DNA of 64,000 bases from an uncultured Candidatus Saccharibacteria bacterium (GCA_964616145.1 CAZTRD010000002.1:4553-68552); one strand, 5' to 3'. Counted from the first letter of the stretch, positions 38,710 to 47,768 are shown. Made by a program: numbers and translations. The notes: generated by a model from the letters alone, not told the origin.

Positions 38710-39454
38710 ATATGGAACAATCTTTAAGCTAGGCAACCATTACTTAGCATATGGCGATAGTCGCGATAAAGAATTGGTAGCACGGCTTGTTGGTCAATTT
38801 AAAGTCAAGGCTGTCATTTGTGATGTTCCATTTGGTATTGCCGTGGTTGAATCAAAAGAGAAATTTCAGCCACTTTCTAAAAACAAACCTATCATTAATG
38901 ACCATTTCCAGAGCGATGCAGAGTATCAGAAATTTACTCAGGATTGGATCGAAGGGATCAAGCCCCACCTTGCTAGAAAAAATGTTTTCTACATCTTCAA
39001 TTGCGATAAAATGATTTTTGCTCTGCGCCAAGGAATGATTCAGGCAGGATTAAAATTTGGACAACTTTTGATATGGGTTAAAACGCATGCTGTTTTAGCT
39101 CGCATGGACTATGCCCCGCAGCATGAGCTTATTGCTTATGGCTGGTATGGTACCCACGAATTTCTCAAATCAAAAGACAAAAGTATTATTGTGTATCCAA
39201 AACCCAATAAAAGTCCTAACCACCCTACCACAAAACCTATTGGCCTTATTCGCAGACTCATTCTAAACAGCACCTGGATCGGAGACGTGGTATTTGACGG
39301 GTTCCTAGGATCAGGCACTTGTTTATTGGCTTGCGAGCAAACCAAACGCATATGTTTTGGAGTGGAAATTGATCTAGAATATGTTGAAACGTCGATTCGA
39401 CAGTTCGAGGTATCAACAAACATTAAAGCAAAAATAATACATGAAAAAAGATAA
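38684..39454 (+). CDS. N4/N6 DNA methylase (phage-type)
   Basis: LG.H.L.YGDS, DVPF, HPTTKP, FDGFLGSG.CL.A; start chosen at MTKSRN. Confidence 0.8.
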   Translation: MTKSRNLIKYGTIFKLGNHYLAYGDSRDKELVARLVGQFKVKAVICDVPFGIAVVESKEKFQPLSKNKPIINDHFQSDAEYQKFTQDWIEGIKPHLARKNVFYIFNCDKMIFALRQGMIQAGLKFGQLLIWVKTHAVLARMDYAPQHELIAYGWYGTHEFLKSKDKSIIVYPKPNKSPNHPTTKPIGLIRRLILNSTWIGDVVFDGFLGSGTCLLACEQTKRICFGVEIDLEYVETSIRQFEVSTNIKAKIIHEKR

Positions 39455-39845
39455 AACAAAAAACTTATTAATTGAACAGCTTAAAAAGACTCCCGTCGCA
39501 CAAATTGCCTGTGAAAAAGTTCAGGTTGCGAGAGCATCATTCTATCGCTGGAAAATTGAAGATAAGGAATTCGCAAAAGCAGTTGAGGAGGCATTACTTG
39601 AAGGAGAAACTTTTATTACAGAGATGAGCGAGTCACAACTAATTTCTATGATTCGAAATGGTAATTTTCAGGCAGTTCAGATGTGGTTGCGTCATCATAA
39701 TCCTAAATATGGTCAGAAGATAGAGATTTCGGGAAATATAAATCAACCACAAGAGGAATTAAATCCCGAGCAAGAGGCAGTGGTCCGGGAAGCCCTACGT
39801 CTTGCATCATTACTCCCCGAACAAAAATCAGAAGAAAACAATTAA
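39441..39845 (+). CDS. Putative terminase small subunit (HTH)
   Basis: AC....V.R.SFYRW...D.EF, A...WL...P.YG; directly upstream of TerL. Confidence 0.7.
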   Translation: MKKDKTKNLLIEQLKKTPVAQIACEKVQVARASFYRWKIEDKEFAKAVEEALLEGETFITEMSESQLISMIRNGNFQAVQMWLRHHNPKYGQKIEISGNINQPQEELNPEQEAVVREALRLASLLPEQKSEENN

Positions 39846-39863
39846 TTAAATTTAAATAAAAAT

Positions 39864-41345
39864 ATGACAGAAATAGACTATCAACAACTTCTCAAAAAGT
39901 ACAATTGTAATCACCTATCTTTAGATTTGGTGGAACGAATGATAAAAGATCGCAAAATCCGTACTGCAATCTGCAAACAAAGTTTCTTTATATTTTTTCA
40001 TTTTTACTTTGCCCATTACGTGAAATATATGACAGCCTCATTTCAGCGCGAAATATTTCATCTCGTAGAGCAGGAAAAAGACAAAAATCTTTTTGTGATC
40101 GCTTTCAGAAATTCAGGGAAATCAACGATTCTTACAACCGCCTATCCTATCTGGGCAATTATTGGTAACCAACAGAAAAAATTCGTATTGATACTTTGCC
40201 AGACAAGAAGTCAAGCAAAACAACACATGATGAATTTAAAACGAGAACTTGAAGGGAATCAACTTCTCAAAGATGACCTTGGGCCCTTCAAGGAAGAAAG
40301 CGATGAATGGGGTTCAACCTCTCTCGTTTTTGCTAGATTAAATGTGCGCATTACCGCAGCCTCAACCGAACAAAGCATCAGAGGATTGAGACATGACCAG
40401 TATCGTCCAGATCTTATTATCGGAGATGATGTTGAAGATCTCAATTCGACCAGAACAATGGAAAGCAGACAGAAAACCTATCAATGGCTCACTGGTGAGG
40501 TGATCCCAGCCGGAGACAAGAGTACTAGGCTTATTATTGTTGGTAATCTTTTACACGAAGATTCGCTCCTTATGCATCTAAAACATGACATAGAAGAAGA
40601 ACGAATTAACGGTTTGTTCAAAGAATATCCACTGTTTGATAAACAAGGAATAATTGCATGGCCGGGAAAATATGCTACCGAGAAAGATATTGAAAATGAA
40701 AAGAAAAAATCCGGGGACGAAATTGCCTGGCAGAGAGAGTATCTTCTCCGCATAGTTTCTGACGCCGGAAGAGTCGTTCATCCCGAATGGATCCATTATT
40801 ACGATTACGATAAAGATCTTCCAAACGACGAACATTTTATTCAAACTTACGTTGGCGTTGATTTAGCGATATCCGAGAAGGATAGCGCACATCGTACAGC
40901 TATTGTTGCAATGAAGATTTATCGACGAGAGGATAGGGACTACGCATATGTCATGCCCTTCCCCTTTAACGATACTATAGGGTTTCCAGAACAAGTAAAT
41001 CAAATAAAGCTACTAGTGTCAGATACTAAGAAATATCGTTATCCGAGAATCTTTGTTGAAAAAGTTGCATATCAAGCATCTATTATCCAGCAGTGTCAAA
41101 ATTTAGGTATTGTGATAGAGGGAGTTCCTCCGCATGGAGATAAACGTGAGAGGCTTGCGCTTACTACCGCAGCGATAAAAGAAGGGCTTATTCTATTTCC
41201 AAACAAAGGAGCAGAGGAACTTATCGCTCAGCTTACTGGATTTGGTACAGAAAAGTATAACGATTTGGCAGATGCATTCTCGTTGGTTGCAAATCAATTT
41301 ATAGCCTATTCTAATCAATCTGGACCAATGCTTACAATTTTTTGA
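39864..41345 (+). CDS. Terminase large subunit
   Basis: Walker A FRNSGKST, IRG...RPDLIIGDDVE, GN, W..EY, nuclease GVDLA / VE / DLADA. Confidence 0.85.
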   Translation: MTEIDYQQLLKKYNCNHLSLDLVERMIKDRKIRTAICKQSFFIFFHFYFAHYVKYMTASFQREIFHLVEQEKDKNLFVIAFRNSGKSTILTTAYPIWAIIGNQQKKFVLILCQTRSQAKQHMMNLKRELEGNQLLKDDLGPFKEESDEWGSTSLVFARLNVRITAASTEQSIRGLRHDQYRPDLIIGDDVEDLNSTRTMESRQKTYQWLTGEVIPAGDKSTRLIIVGNLLHEDSLLMHLKHDIEEERINGLFKEYPLFDKQGIIAWPGKYATEKDIENEKKKSGDEIAWQREYLLRIVSDAGRVVHPEWIHYYDYDKDLPNDEHFIQTYVGVDLAISEKDSAHRTAIVAMKIYRREDRDYAYVMPFPFNDTIGFPEQVNQIKLLVSDTKKYRYPRIFVEKVAYQASIIQQCQNLGIVIEGVPPHGDKRERLALTTAAIKEGLILFPNKGAEELIAQLTGFGTEKYNDLADAFSLVANQFIAYSNQSGPMLTIF

Positions 41346-41448
41346 AATTAGATCAAAAAATTTATTAAACAAGCGGCAAAAATAATCAAGAATTTACTAA
41401 CTGTAACGGTCTGGACTTACTCGCATGGTTGCGTCATCCTTGCCTTGT

Positions 41449-42780
41449 ATGAATACACCAACCATAGGGCTACCAGGGGCTATAGCCCAAACACATATCC
41501 AAGCCCCAGAAAAGGTAAAATATGTGCTTTATGCTCGTAAATCGACCGAATCTGACGAAAAACAAGCCCTTTCCGTGGACTCACAGATAAAAGAAATGCT
41601 TCAAATAGCAGAAAGAGAGGGTTTAGAAATCGTTGATATCCGCCGAGAATCCCATTCAGCCAAAGATTCCGGCCAAAGACCTGTGTTCAACGAGATGATA
41701 AAAGATATCCGAAGTAGTAGATATACCGGGATTTTAACTTGGGCACCGGATCGACTTTCCAGGAACGCCGGCGACCTAGGGGTGTTGGTCGACCTTATGG
41801 ATCAAAAATTATTGGTAGAAGTAAGAACATTCGGCCAAAGATTTACAAATTCGCCAAGCGAAAAATTCTTGCTCATGATTCTCGGAGCCCAAGGCAAACT
41901 GGAAAACGACCAAAAAAGCGTGAATGTAAAACGAGGATTAAGAATGAGAGTAGAAATGGGTCTTTGGCCTAGCACTGCCCCAACGGGCTATCTTAATGAA
42001 AAACGTATAGATAGAAAAGGCTATGTGATGACTGATCCAGAAAGATCCTCTGTTATCAAGCAAATGTTTGAAAAAGTTGCGTACGAAAAATGGAGCGGTA
42101 GAAAAATATATCATTGGTTAAAATTTGACCTAAATTTCAGGACTAAAAGTAATCATCACCTATCGTTGAGTAACGTTTATCTCATTCTTCAAAATCATTT
42201 CTACTATGGCATATTTGAATTTCCCAGAAAAAGTGGCAATTGGTATACTGGAAAACATCAACCAATCATTAATCAAGCTTTATTCGATGGAGCTCAAGAA
42301 CAATTAAAAAGAGACATTCTTAAGCACGAAAGCAAAGAATTTGCCTTCACCAAGTTGATGAAATGTGGATTGTGCGGTTCCGGAATTACCGCTGATGAAA
42401 AATTCAAGAATCTAGTTGATGGATCAACAAGACGGCATGTTTATTATGGGTGTACCAAAAGCAAGGATAAGAATTGCAAGTGCGGTTATATCAGCGAGGA
42501 AAGTCTAATTGAACAACTTGTTAAGATTATAGATGATATCAGTTTAGATGAATTGGGTATAAAAAAGACATTGGAAGAAGATATCAAGAAATATTATAAA
42601 TTCAAACAAATTGTATTGGGATTAACTGATAAAGACGATTTAGCAGTTAAAGAAATAGATATCAAGAATTACGTAAAATATATCCTAAAAGAAGGTAGAA
42701 TCTTTGAAAAGCGAGATATTCTTGATAATCTTAAGAGTCGGTTGGTATTAAAAGAAAAGCAAATTTATCTGGAAAAATAG
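41449..42780 (+). CDS. Large serine recombinase (resolvase + recombinase + zinc ribbon)
   Basis: YARKST, S...Q, SAK..GQRP.F, DRLSRN, AP.GY, H.PII, CGLCG...YYGC...C; alternative start 41425. Confidence 0.92.
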   Translation: MNTPTIGLPGAIAQTHIQAPEKVKYVLYARKSTESDEKQALSVDSQIKEMLQIAEREGLEIVDIRRESHSAKDSGQRPVFNEMIKDIRSSRYTGILTWAPDRLSRNAGDLGVLVDLMDQKLLVEVRTFGQRFTNSPSEKFLLMILGAQGKLENDQKSVNVKRGLRMRVEMGLWPSTAPTGYLNEKRIDRKGYVMTDPERSSVIKQMFEKVAYEKWSGRKIYHWLKFDLNFRTKSNHHLSLSNVYLILQNHFYYGIFEFPRKSGNWYTGKHQPIINQALFDGAQEQLKRDILKHESKEFAFTKLMKCGLCGSGITADEKFKNLVDGSTRRHVYYGCTKSKDKNCKCGYISEESLIEQLVKIIDDISLDELGIKKTLEEDIKKYYKFKQIVLGLTDKDDLAVKEIDIKNYVKYILKEGRIFEKRDILDNLKSRLVLKEKQIYLEK

Positions 42781-42819
42781 GTAGGGATTAGATATAATAG
42801 TAGTATTAACAATCTATGT

Positions 42820-42960
42820 TGCCTAAACCTCGTAAGAGGCATGGCACAAAAACCGATCAAGGCATTAAGCTCGTCGTCAGAGCGCCTTGATCGGTCATAG
42901 CTCGAAAGGGTTATGGGTGGTCGTAAGACCATCGCTGGCGGCGAGCTTTATGTTATGCCA
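42820..42960 (+). ncRNA. Candidate highly structured pseudoknotted RNA
   Basis: Four helices, three GNRA loops, 14-bp loop-to-3' pairing with G-U pairs. Confidence 0.7.
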
Positions 42961-42997
42961 CCGAAAAAAGTCATATAAATTTAATTAATAAAAACAT

Positions 42998-43312
42998 ATG
43001 GGAATTTGGAAAACCTTAAACACAAATACAAAAGAATTAGCTAATGGATTGGATAAAAAAACTAAAGGGCCTAAGGACATAAAAGAAACAAAGTGTACAT
43101 GTAGCGCTTGCGGAAATATTTGGTATTATGGCAAACAAGAAGCTTGGGAGCAGAAATCCAATGTCATGAGCAATGCTGGAAAATCAATGATGTGCTGCAG
43201 TGGCTGTCTACCAGCACTTTTAATCTCTCGCAAAAAAACTATGGATCTTGATAAATGCTCTAAGTGTGGATCAAGGGCGGTTAAAAAAGAGGAAATAATA
43301 CATCATGTTTAA
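42998..43312 (+). CDS. Cys-rich zinc-ribbon protein
   Basis: CTCSACG...CCSGC...CSKCGS. Confidence 0.65.
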   Translation: MGIWKTLNTNTKELANGLDKKTKGPKDIKETKCTCSACGNIWYYGKQEAWEQKSNVMSNAGKSMMCCSGCLPALLISRKKTMDLDKCSKCGSRAVKKEEIIHHV

Positions 43313-43523
43313 TATAATCATTTTCGCAATAAAGATTTATCAGAAATTAATTTCTCCAATATTGAAACGTATGGGAGTAAGATGTCGTTTTTATCCAACT
43401 TGTTCCCAATACTCGATAATGGCTATCAAAAAATACGGCCTACTAGTTGGTACGCGAAAAACATATTTCAGATTAAAAAAATGCAGACCAGATAATCTTG
43501 ATAGTTGCATAGATTTTCCATAA
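43305..43523 (+). CDS. yidD: YidD-like (membrane protein insertion efficiency factor family) protein
   Basis: YQK.ISP, CRFYPTCSQY...AI.KYG...G.....RL..C.P. Confidence 0.8.
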   Translation: MFNIIIFAIKIYQKLISPILKRMGVRCRFYPTCSQYSIMAIKKYGLLVGTRKTYFRLKKCRPDNLDSCIDFP

Positions 43524-43538
43524 ATAATAAAAAATTAA

Positions 43539-44615
43539 ATGGCTATAATCATCTCAAAAAACGGTAAAAATGCTAAGAAGATTGATAAATCAGCTTTCGA
43601 AAAAGAGGATTATCTACAGAGATATATTCAAAACAACCCCGAAAGCATACCTCTTTACGACATTAAAGAAGATATTCATCTTTTAATTTTAGCGAGAGAA
43701 TTCTCTACAGATAGCGGTCCGATTGACGCATTGGGAGTGGATAAGGATGGTGAAATTTATCTCGTAGAAACCAAGCTTTACAAAAATCCCGATAAAAGAT
43801 TAGTGGTTGCCCAAGTTTTGGACTATGGTGCTTTTCTCTGGCACTCTTATAATAATTTTGACGAATTAGCTAGGATTTTAGATGAAAAAGTGAATAAAAA
43901 ATTTGGCATAGGTCTCAACCAAAAACTTAAAGATTTCTTTAAAATTGATGATGAGGAAATTTTGATTCTAATCGAAAGCTTTAAAAAGAATCTCAATGAA
44001 GGAAATTTTAAATTCGTCGTACTAATGGATAAATTACATAATCAGCTAAAAGATCTGATTATTTTTATCAATGAAAACAGCCGATTCGATATTTTCGCGG
44101 TAGAAATGGAATATTATAAATATGATGATTATGAAATAATGATTCCTAAATTATTCGGGGCAGAGGTTAAAAAAGACATTGGAGTTTCATCATCCAGCGC
44201 CAGAAGAAAATGGGAAGAAAAGAGTTTTTTTGAAGATGTCGTGGCAAATCTAAGCGAAGAGGAAATCGATGCGGTAAAAAAACTATATGAATTTTCTAAA
44301 AATAATGCAGAGCATATAAGTTGGGGGACGGGAGTTGCTCGTGCGTCTTTCAGTGTAAAATTTTCAAGGATTAGCGAAACAAAATCTCTTTATACGGTTA
44401 AGAGTGATGGCAAATTAAGCCTCAACTTTGGATGGCTTAATGCTAATGATATAGTTATTAGATACAGAGACAATTTTAAAAACATACTAGAAAAAGAAAA
44501 ATTATTCTCTATCCCGAAAAATTATAAAACTCTTTCTCCTGGATATAAAATAGATGTTTGGTATAAAAAAACTGATGAGTTTATTAAAGCGATAGAAGGT
44601 TTAATAGAAAAATAA
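43539..44615 (+). CDS. NucS/EndoMS-like PD-(D/E)XK endonuclease domain protein
   Basis: E..LQ..I..NP, RE......ID.LGVD..G....VETK, V.AQ.LDY. Confidence 0.7.
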   Translation: MAIIISKNGKNAKKIDKSAFEKEDYLQRYIQNNPESIPLYDIKEDIHLLILAREFSTDSGPIDALGVDKDGEIYLVETKLYKNPDKRLVVAQVLDYGAFLWHSYNNFDELARILDEKVNKKFGIGLNQKLKDFFKIDDEEILILIESFKKNLNEGNFKFVVLMDKLHNQLKDLIIFINENSRFDIFAVEMEYYKYDDYEIMIPKLFGAEVKKDIGVSSSSARRKWEEKSFFEDVVANLSEEEIDAVKKLYEFSKNNAEHISWGTGVARASFSVKFSRISETKSLYTVKSDGKLSLNFGWLNANDIVIRYRDNFKNILEKEKLFSIPKNYKTLSPGYKIDVWYKKTDEFIKAIEGLIEK

Positions 44616-44726
44616 TTCGGGCGTGTAAGAACATCTAATAGTGAACGCTTTTTTAGTTTAATCTACACCATAAATTAAACTATCGAATTTGAGCATTCTC
44701 TACCACTGAAAAACTTATTATAAAAC

Positions 44727-44811
44727 TAAAACCGGCTGGAGTGCAGCACTTGTTATATTGCGCTACTTAACGCAGCACAGCACAACAGAACGCATCGCAA
44801 TTCCAACCGGC
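44727..44811 (-). ncRNA. Candidate rod-shaped small RNA with its own promoter
   Basis: TTGACA-16-TAAAAT at 44845-44818; ~81 nt irregular hairpin with many G-U pairs, then T-run. Confidence 0.6.
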
Positions 44812-44947
44812 AATTTTATTTTACCAACTCAATAACACTTGTCAAGATTCCAACTCTTCATCTTGATATTTTCATGTCTAAGGATGACAGTGTAATTTAT
44901 CTTCTGGCAAGCAAAACTACCCCTCCCGGTCGCCAGAACGATGCTCA

Positions 44948-45118
44948 ACGATGCTGTGTGCCCCGGTCTAGAATTTACACCTATCAAGTCATAGAGGGTC
45001 TTCAAGTTATAATTTCATTCAAGATTTGACCCGTCTCGGTCGGAGCATATATTTCAATTCTAGCACAAAATGAGACAAATGAGACACAGGAAAGGGATAT
45101 ATTGGGGTGTCTCATTTT
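44948..45118 (-). repeat. ~170 bp structured element, copy B
   Basis: Imperfect direct repeat of 20109-20281. Confidence 0.8.
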
Positions 45119-45126
45119 AAGACAAA

Positions 45127-45160
45127 GCCCCTAGCCTCGGTTTACACCTTAGCTAGGGGC
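45127..45160 (-). terminator. Hairpin downstream of the CiaB-like gene
   Basis: GCCCCTAGC...GCTAGGGGC. Confidence 0.55.
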
Positions 45161-45189
45161 GGGATCTCTGATCAAGTGGAAATAGCGAC

Positions 45190-47010
45190 TCATCCTTGCG
45201 CACGCTCGAGGTTCGCGTTGACGGTTTTGTACAACTCCGCCAACTCCGGAGACAACGGATCGGGAGCGAACTCCGCAACCACTGCAAGTGCTTGAGCGAG
45301 GCCTTCTTCACCCTGTCCGTTGAAGGCGGTTTGATACGCCTTCGTGAGACGAGCAAGAGGCTCTTCCAGAAGTGCAACCAAGGCTTCTGCATCTTGGCAG
45401 AGTTCCTGGTTAAGCTCTAGCTTGCCGTCTTGGATGTAGAGAATGCCCGCTCCCATGAAGCACGTTGCGATGGTCTTGGCTTCGTTGTAGTAGGGCCTGA
45501 ACGTTGAGTTGGCAGCCATGTTCTTGGCGAATCTTCGTAGAATCTCGCCAATTAGGTAAGCTACCATCTCTGGCCCAAGCTGGCCTTCGAAGCTCGCTTT
45601 GATACCCAGCATAGCCTTCAAGCCCAAGATCGTCGCCTTGGTCTCCTCGAAGCTCGGCTTGTGAGCTCCAAAGGCTGGTTTGATCTTGGCGTTGATGAGC
45701 CATGGGTGTCCAAGCTCGTGAGCGATGACAGCGATGAGATGGGCAAGCAGACTGAAGTGCTTCTCAAGCCACTGTAGAGTCTTCTGCCCGAAGCACGTTC
45801 GAATCAGGTGCTCGAACTGTGCTTGACGAATCTTCATCGTGAGCACGTCGAGGATAGCCTTCATCCCCTGCTCTTGGACCTCCGATCTGTTCGGAACCGA
45901 TTGCCCCGCAAGTCGGAAATCCACCGTCCCACCAGCCATGAGGATGAACGCGTCAGCGTCGATCCCCTCGAGCTTCTTGACGTATTCACTGTCGCCGGCT
46001 TCTGCCCCGAACGGTGCGATCGCCCTACGCAAAGCAGTGATAAGACGAGCAAGTTCCGTAGAACGATAGAGCACGCGGAACTCCGGAGCGACGGTGGTTG
46101 GATGTTGATACCCATCCTCCATCATGTGAACCGGCATCACTCTCTGGTTTGGACCGATCTTCAACCAGGCCCAGTCGACATCCGCCCAGACCTCCTCAGT
46201 GTCTGAAAGATTGGATTCAACGATAGCGTCCTTGAGAGCTCGGAAGTAGTTCCGATATGCTCTCGCCACAGATACTTGTTCGAGGGGAAGCCCGGTGTCT
46301 CCCATAGCGTCACGAAGGGATCGAATCAGGACTTCAAGAATTCCTGTGATCTCTCCGATCTCCTCGGGAAATGCGATCACGAATGGGACTTCGCATAGTT
46401 GAGCAACGACGTCCCTGGAAAGCTTGCCCTCGAAGAACCCACCTTCGGACCTGACCAGCACACTGTAGTGATTTGGACAGGCCTGGCTCACGACTTCCTT
46501 GAGTCCAGGATCTTCCCTCAACCCGAGCTGATACGGCACGACGACCTTCGCTCGCCACGCGAAGAATAGCCGATCGAATGCAGCGGCAAGCGGTAGCATG
46601 CCTCTCAGCAGAATCCCCTCGAGAATCGAGAGGCCGTCTGAACGATCAGCTAAGGCAAGCATCATCGTATCTTGAGCTCGAACAACTGGCCAGACAACGA
46701 GCTCGAAGAACTGTTGAAGCTTGACTGGATCGTCTTGAGGAAGCTCACCGAGAGTAGCAGTCCTCTGCGCTGCGTACTGCACCGCAAGATCGAGGGGTAT
46801 TGCCAACCCGATTTCCTCAAGCAATCCGTAGATGTGGGCGCGCGAATCGGGACGTGTCATCACGAAACGCTCGCTTGCCTCCAAAGCTTGCTTGAGATCC
46901 CCTTCGAAATCGCGATTCCCGGTAGAGATTGATACGCCACCTGAACGTCCTGGGTGTAAATCTGCCAAAAAGGCAGCCCATTCTTGACTCCGTCTTGATC
47001 GTGGGATCAT
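45190..47010 (-). CDS. CiaB-like / M49-related HEXXH zinc metallopeptidase; GC-rich
   Basis: IAHELGHPW and FEETKAT; AGQSVPN; strong SD GAAGGAG; TTGACT-17-TAAAAT promoter upstream. Confidence 0.65.
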   Translation of the reverse strand: MIPRSRRSQEWAAFLADLHPGRSGGVSISTGNRDFEGDLKQALEASERFVMTRPDSRAHIYGLLEEIGLAIPLDLAVQYAAQRTATLGELPQDDPVKLQQFFELVVWPVVRAQDTMMLALADRSDGLSILEGILLRGMLPLAAAFDRLFFAWRAKVVVPYQLGLREDPGLKEVVSQACPNHYSVLVRSEGGFFEGKLSRDVVAQLCEVPFVIAFPEEIGEITGILEVLIRSLRDAMGDTGLPLEQVSVARAYRNYFRALKDAIVESNLSDTEEVWADVDWAWLKIGPNQRVMPVHMMEDGYQHPTTVAPEFRVLYRSTELARLITALRRAIAPFGAEAGDSEYVKKLEGIDADAFILMAGGTVDFRLAGQSVPNRSEVQEQGMKAILDVLTMKIRQAQFEHLIRTCFGQKTLQWLEKHFSLLAHLIAVIAHELGHPWLINAKIKPAFGAHKPSFEETKATILGLKAMLGIKASFEGQLGPEMVAYLIGEILRRFAKNMAANSTFRPYYNEAKTIATCFMGAGILYIQDGKLELNQELCQDAEALVALLEEPLARLTKAYQTAFNGQGEEGLAQALAVVAEFAPDPLSPELAELYKTVNANLERAQG

Positions 47011-47209
47011 CAATACTCCTTCCCTTCTTCATTTTCCACTTGTATCAGATTGACAAGGTGCGCTATCACCCCCTCCTTTAGAAGGTGATTGTTTTGTGAT
47101 TTTAGAATAATCTCTAGAAATAGTCAACGAAGGTTTTTAAATGCTTAGGATTATAAAAAAACTGTTATTTACAAGCATTTTTATTAATTAATAAAAAAAA
47201 TAAATTAAG

Positions 47210-47725
47210 CTACCAATACCAAGGTGGAAGTTTTAACTTTAAAGATTTAATATTCCTTTCTAATAAAATATTACGTGCGACTTCTTCTATTTTTATGTCT
47301 CCCCTATCTAATTTAGTATGACAATTTGGGCACAACTTAATGATATTCATAAAACAATTTGGCCCCCCTTTTTCTTTTGGAATAAAATGAGCTTCTTCTA
47401 GATATGTTTCTTCGCCGCAAATTTCACAAAGTTTTAATTCTGATAATTTTTTATTATTTGCTTTCAATAAATTTTCGCTATCCTTTTTCTTCAGTCCAAG
47501 TATTCCAATCCATCCTTGTCGACTACCAAAACCACTTAAGGTTGGCCTTCTGATCATCCATCTATCAGCCATTTTTTTCAAGCCCCAGTTTTTATCGTGA
47601 TAAAATTCTTGCCAATCTTGTTCCAAAGTATGGCCAAGTCTTTTTTCTACATCAAGCATCTTAGATGTTTTAGTTCCTTTTGGTTGAGGTAAAAATTTGT
47701 GGTTTTTTGGACTTCTAATAGTCAT
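47210..47725 (-). CDS. HNH endonuclease
   Basis: CEICG...AHFIP...GG....N...LCPNCH..LD. Confidence 0.85.
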   Translation of the reverse strand: MTIRSPKNHKFLPQPKGTKTSKMLDVEKRLGHTLEQDWQEFYHDKNWGLKKMADRWMIRRPTLSGFGSRQGWIGILGLKKKDSENLLKANNKKLSELKLCEICGEETYLEEAHFIPKEKGGPNCFMNIIKLCPNCHTKLDRGDIKIEEVARNILLERNIKSLKLKLPPWYW

Positions 47726-47768
47726 AATTTGATTCCTCTCGGACTTTCTCGATACTACAACCTGATTG

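Larger units (their letters stand above)
16700..45120. mobile_element. Integrated accessory/defence island with terminase-methylase-serine recombinase module (boundaries approximate)
   Basis: Defence-type genes, excisionase-like HTH, terminase pair and large serine recombinase; no core genes; no exact att repeat found. Confidence 0.65.

Noticed and set aside
37435-42780. Intact prophage
   Set aside because: No portal, capsid, tail, lysis or replication genes recognisable
44731-44811. SRP (4.5S) RNA or 6S RNA
   Set aside because: Lacks the SRP domain IV motif; too short for 6S and has no central bubble
45107-47032. Many overlapping alternative-frame ORFs in the track
   Set aside because: Shadow ORFs expected from high GC within the CiaB-like gene; no SD or motifs
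47738-47752. GAGAAAGTCCGAG resemblance to the RNase P conserved motif
   Set aside because: Short match with no surrounding structure; the real rnpB is at ~63015-63384
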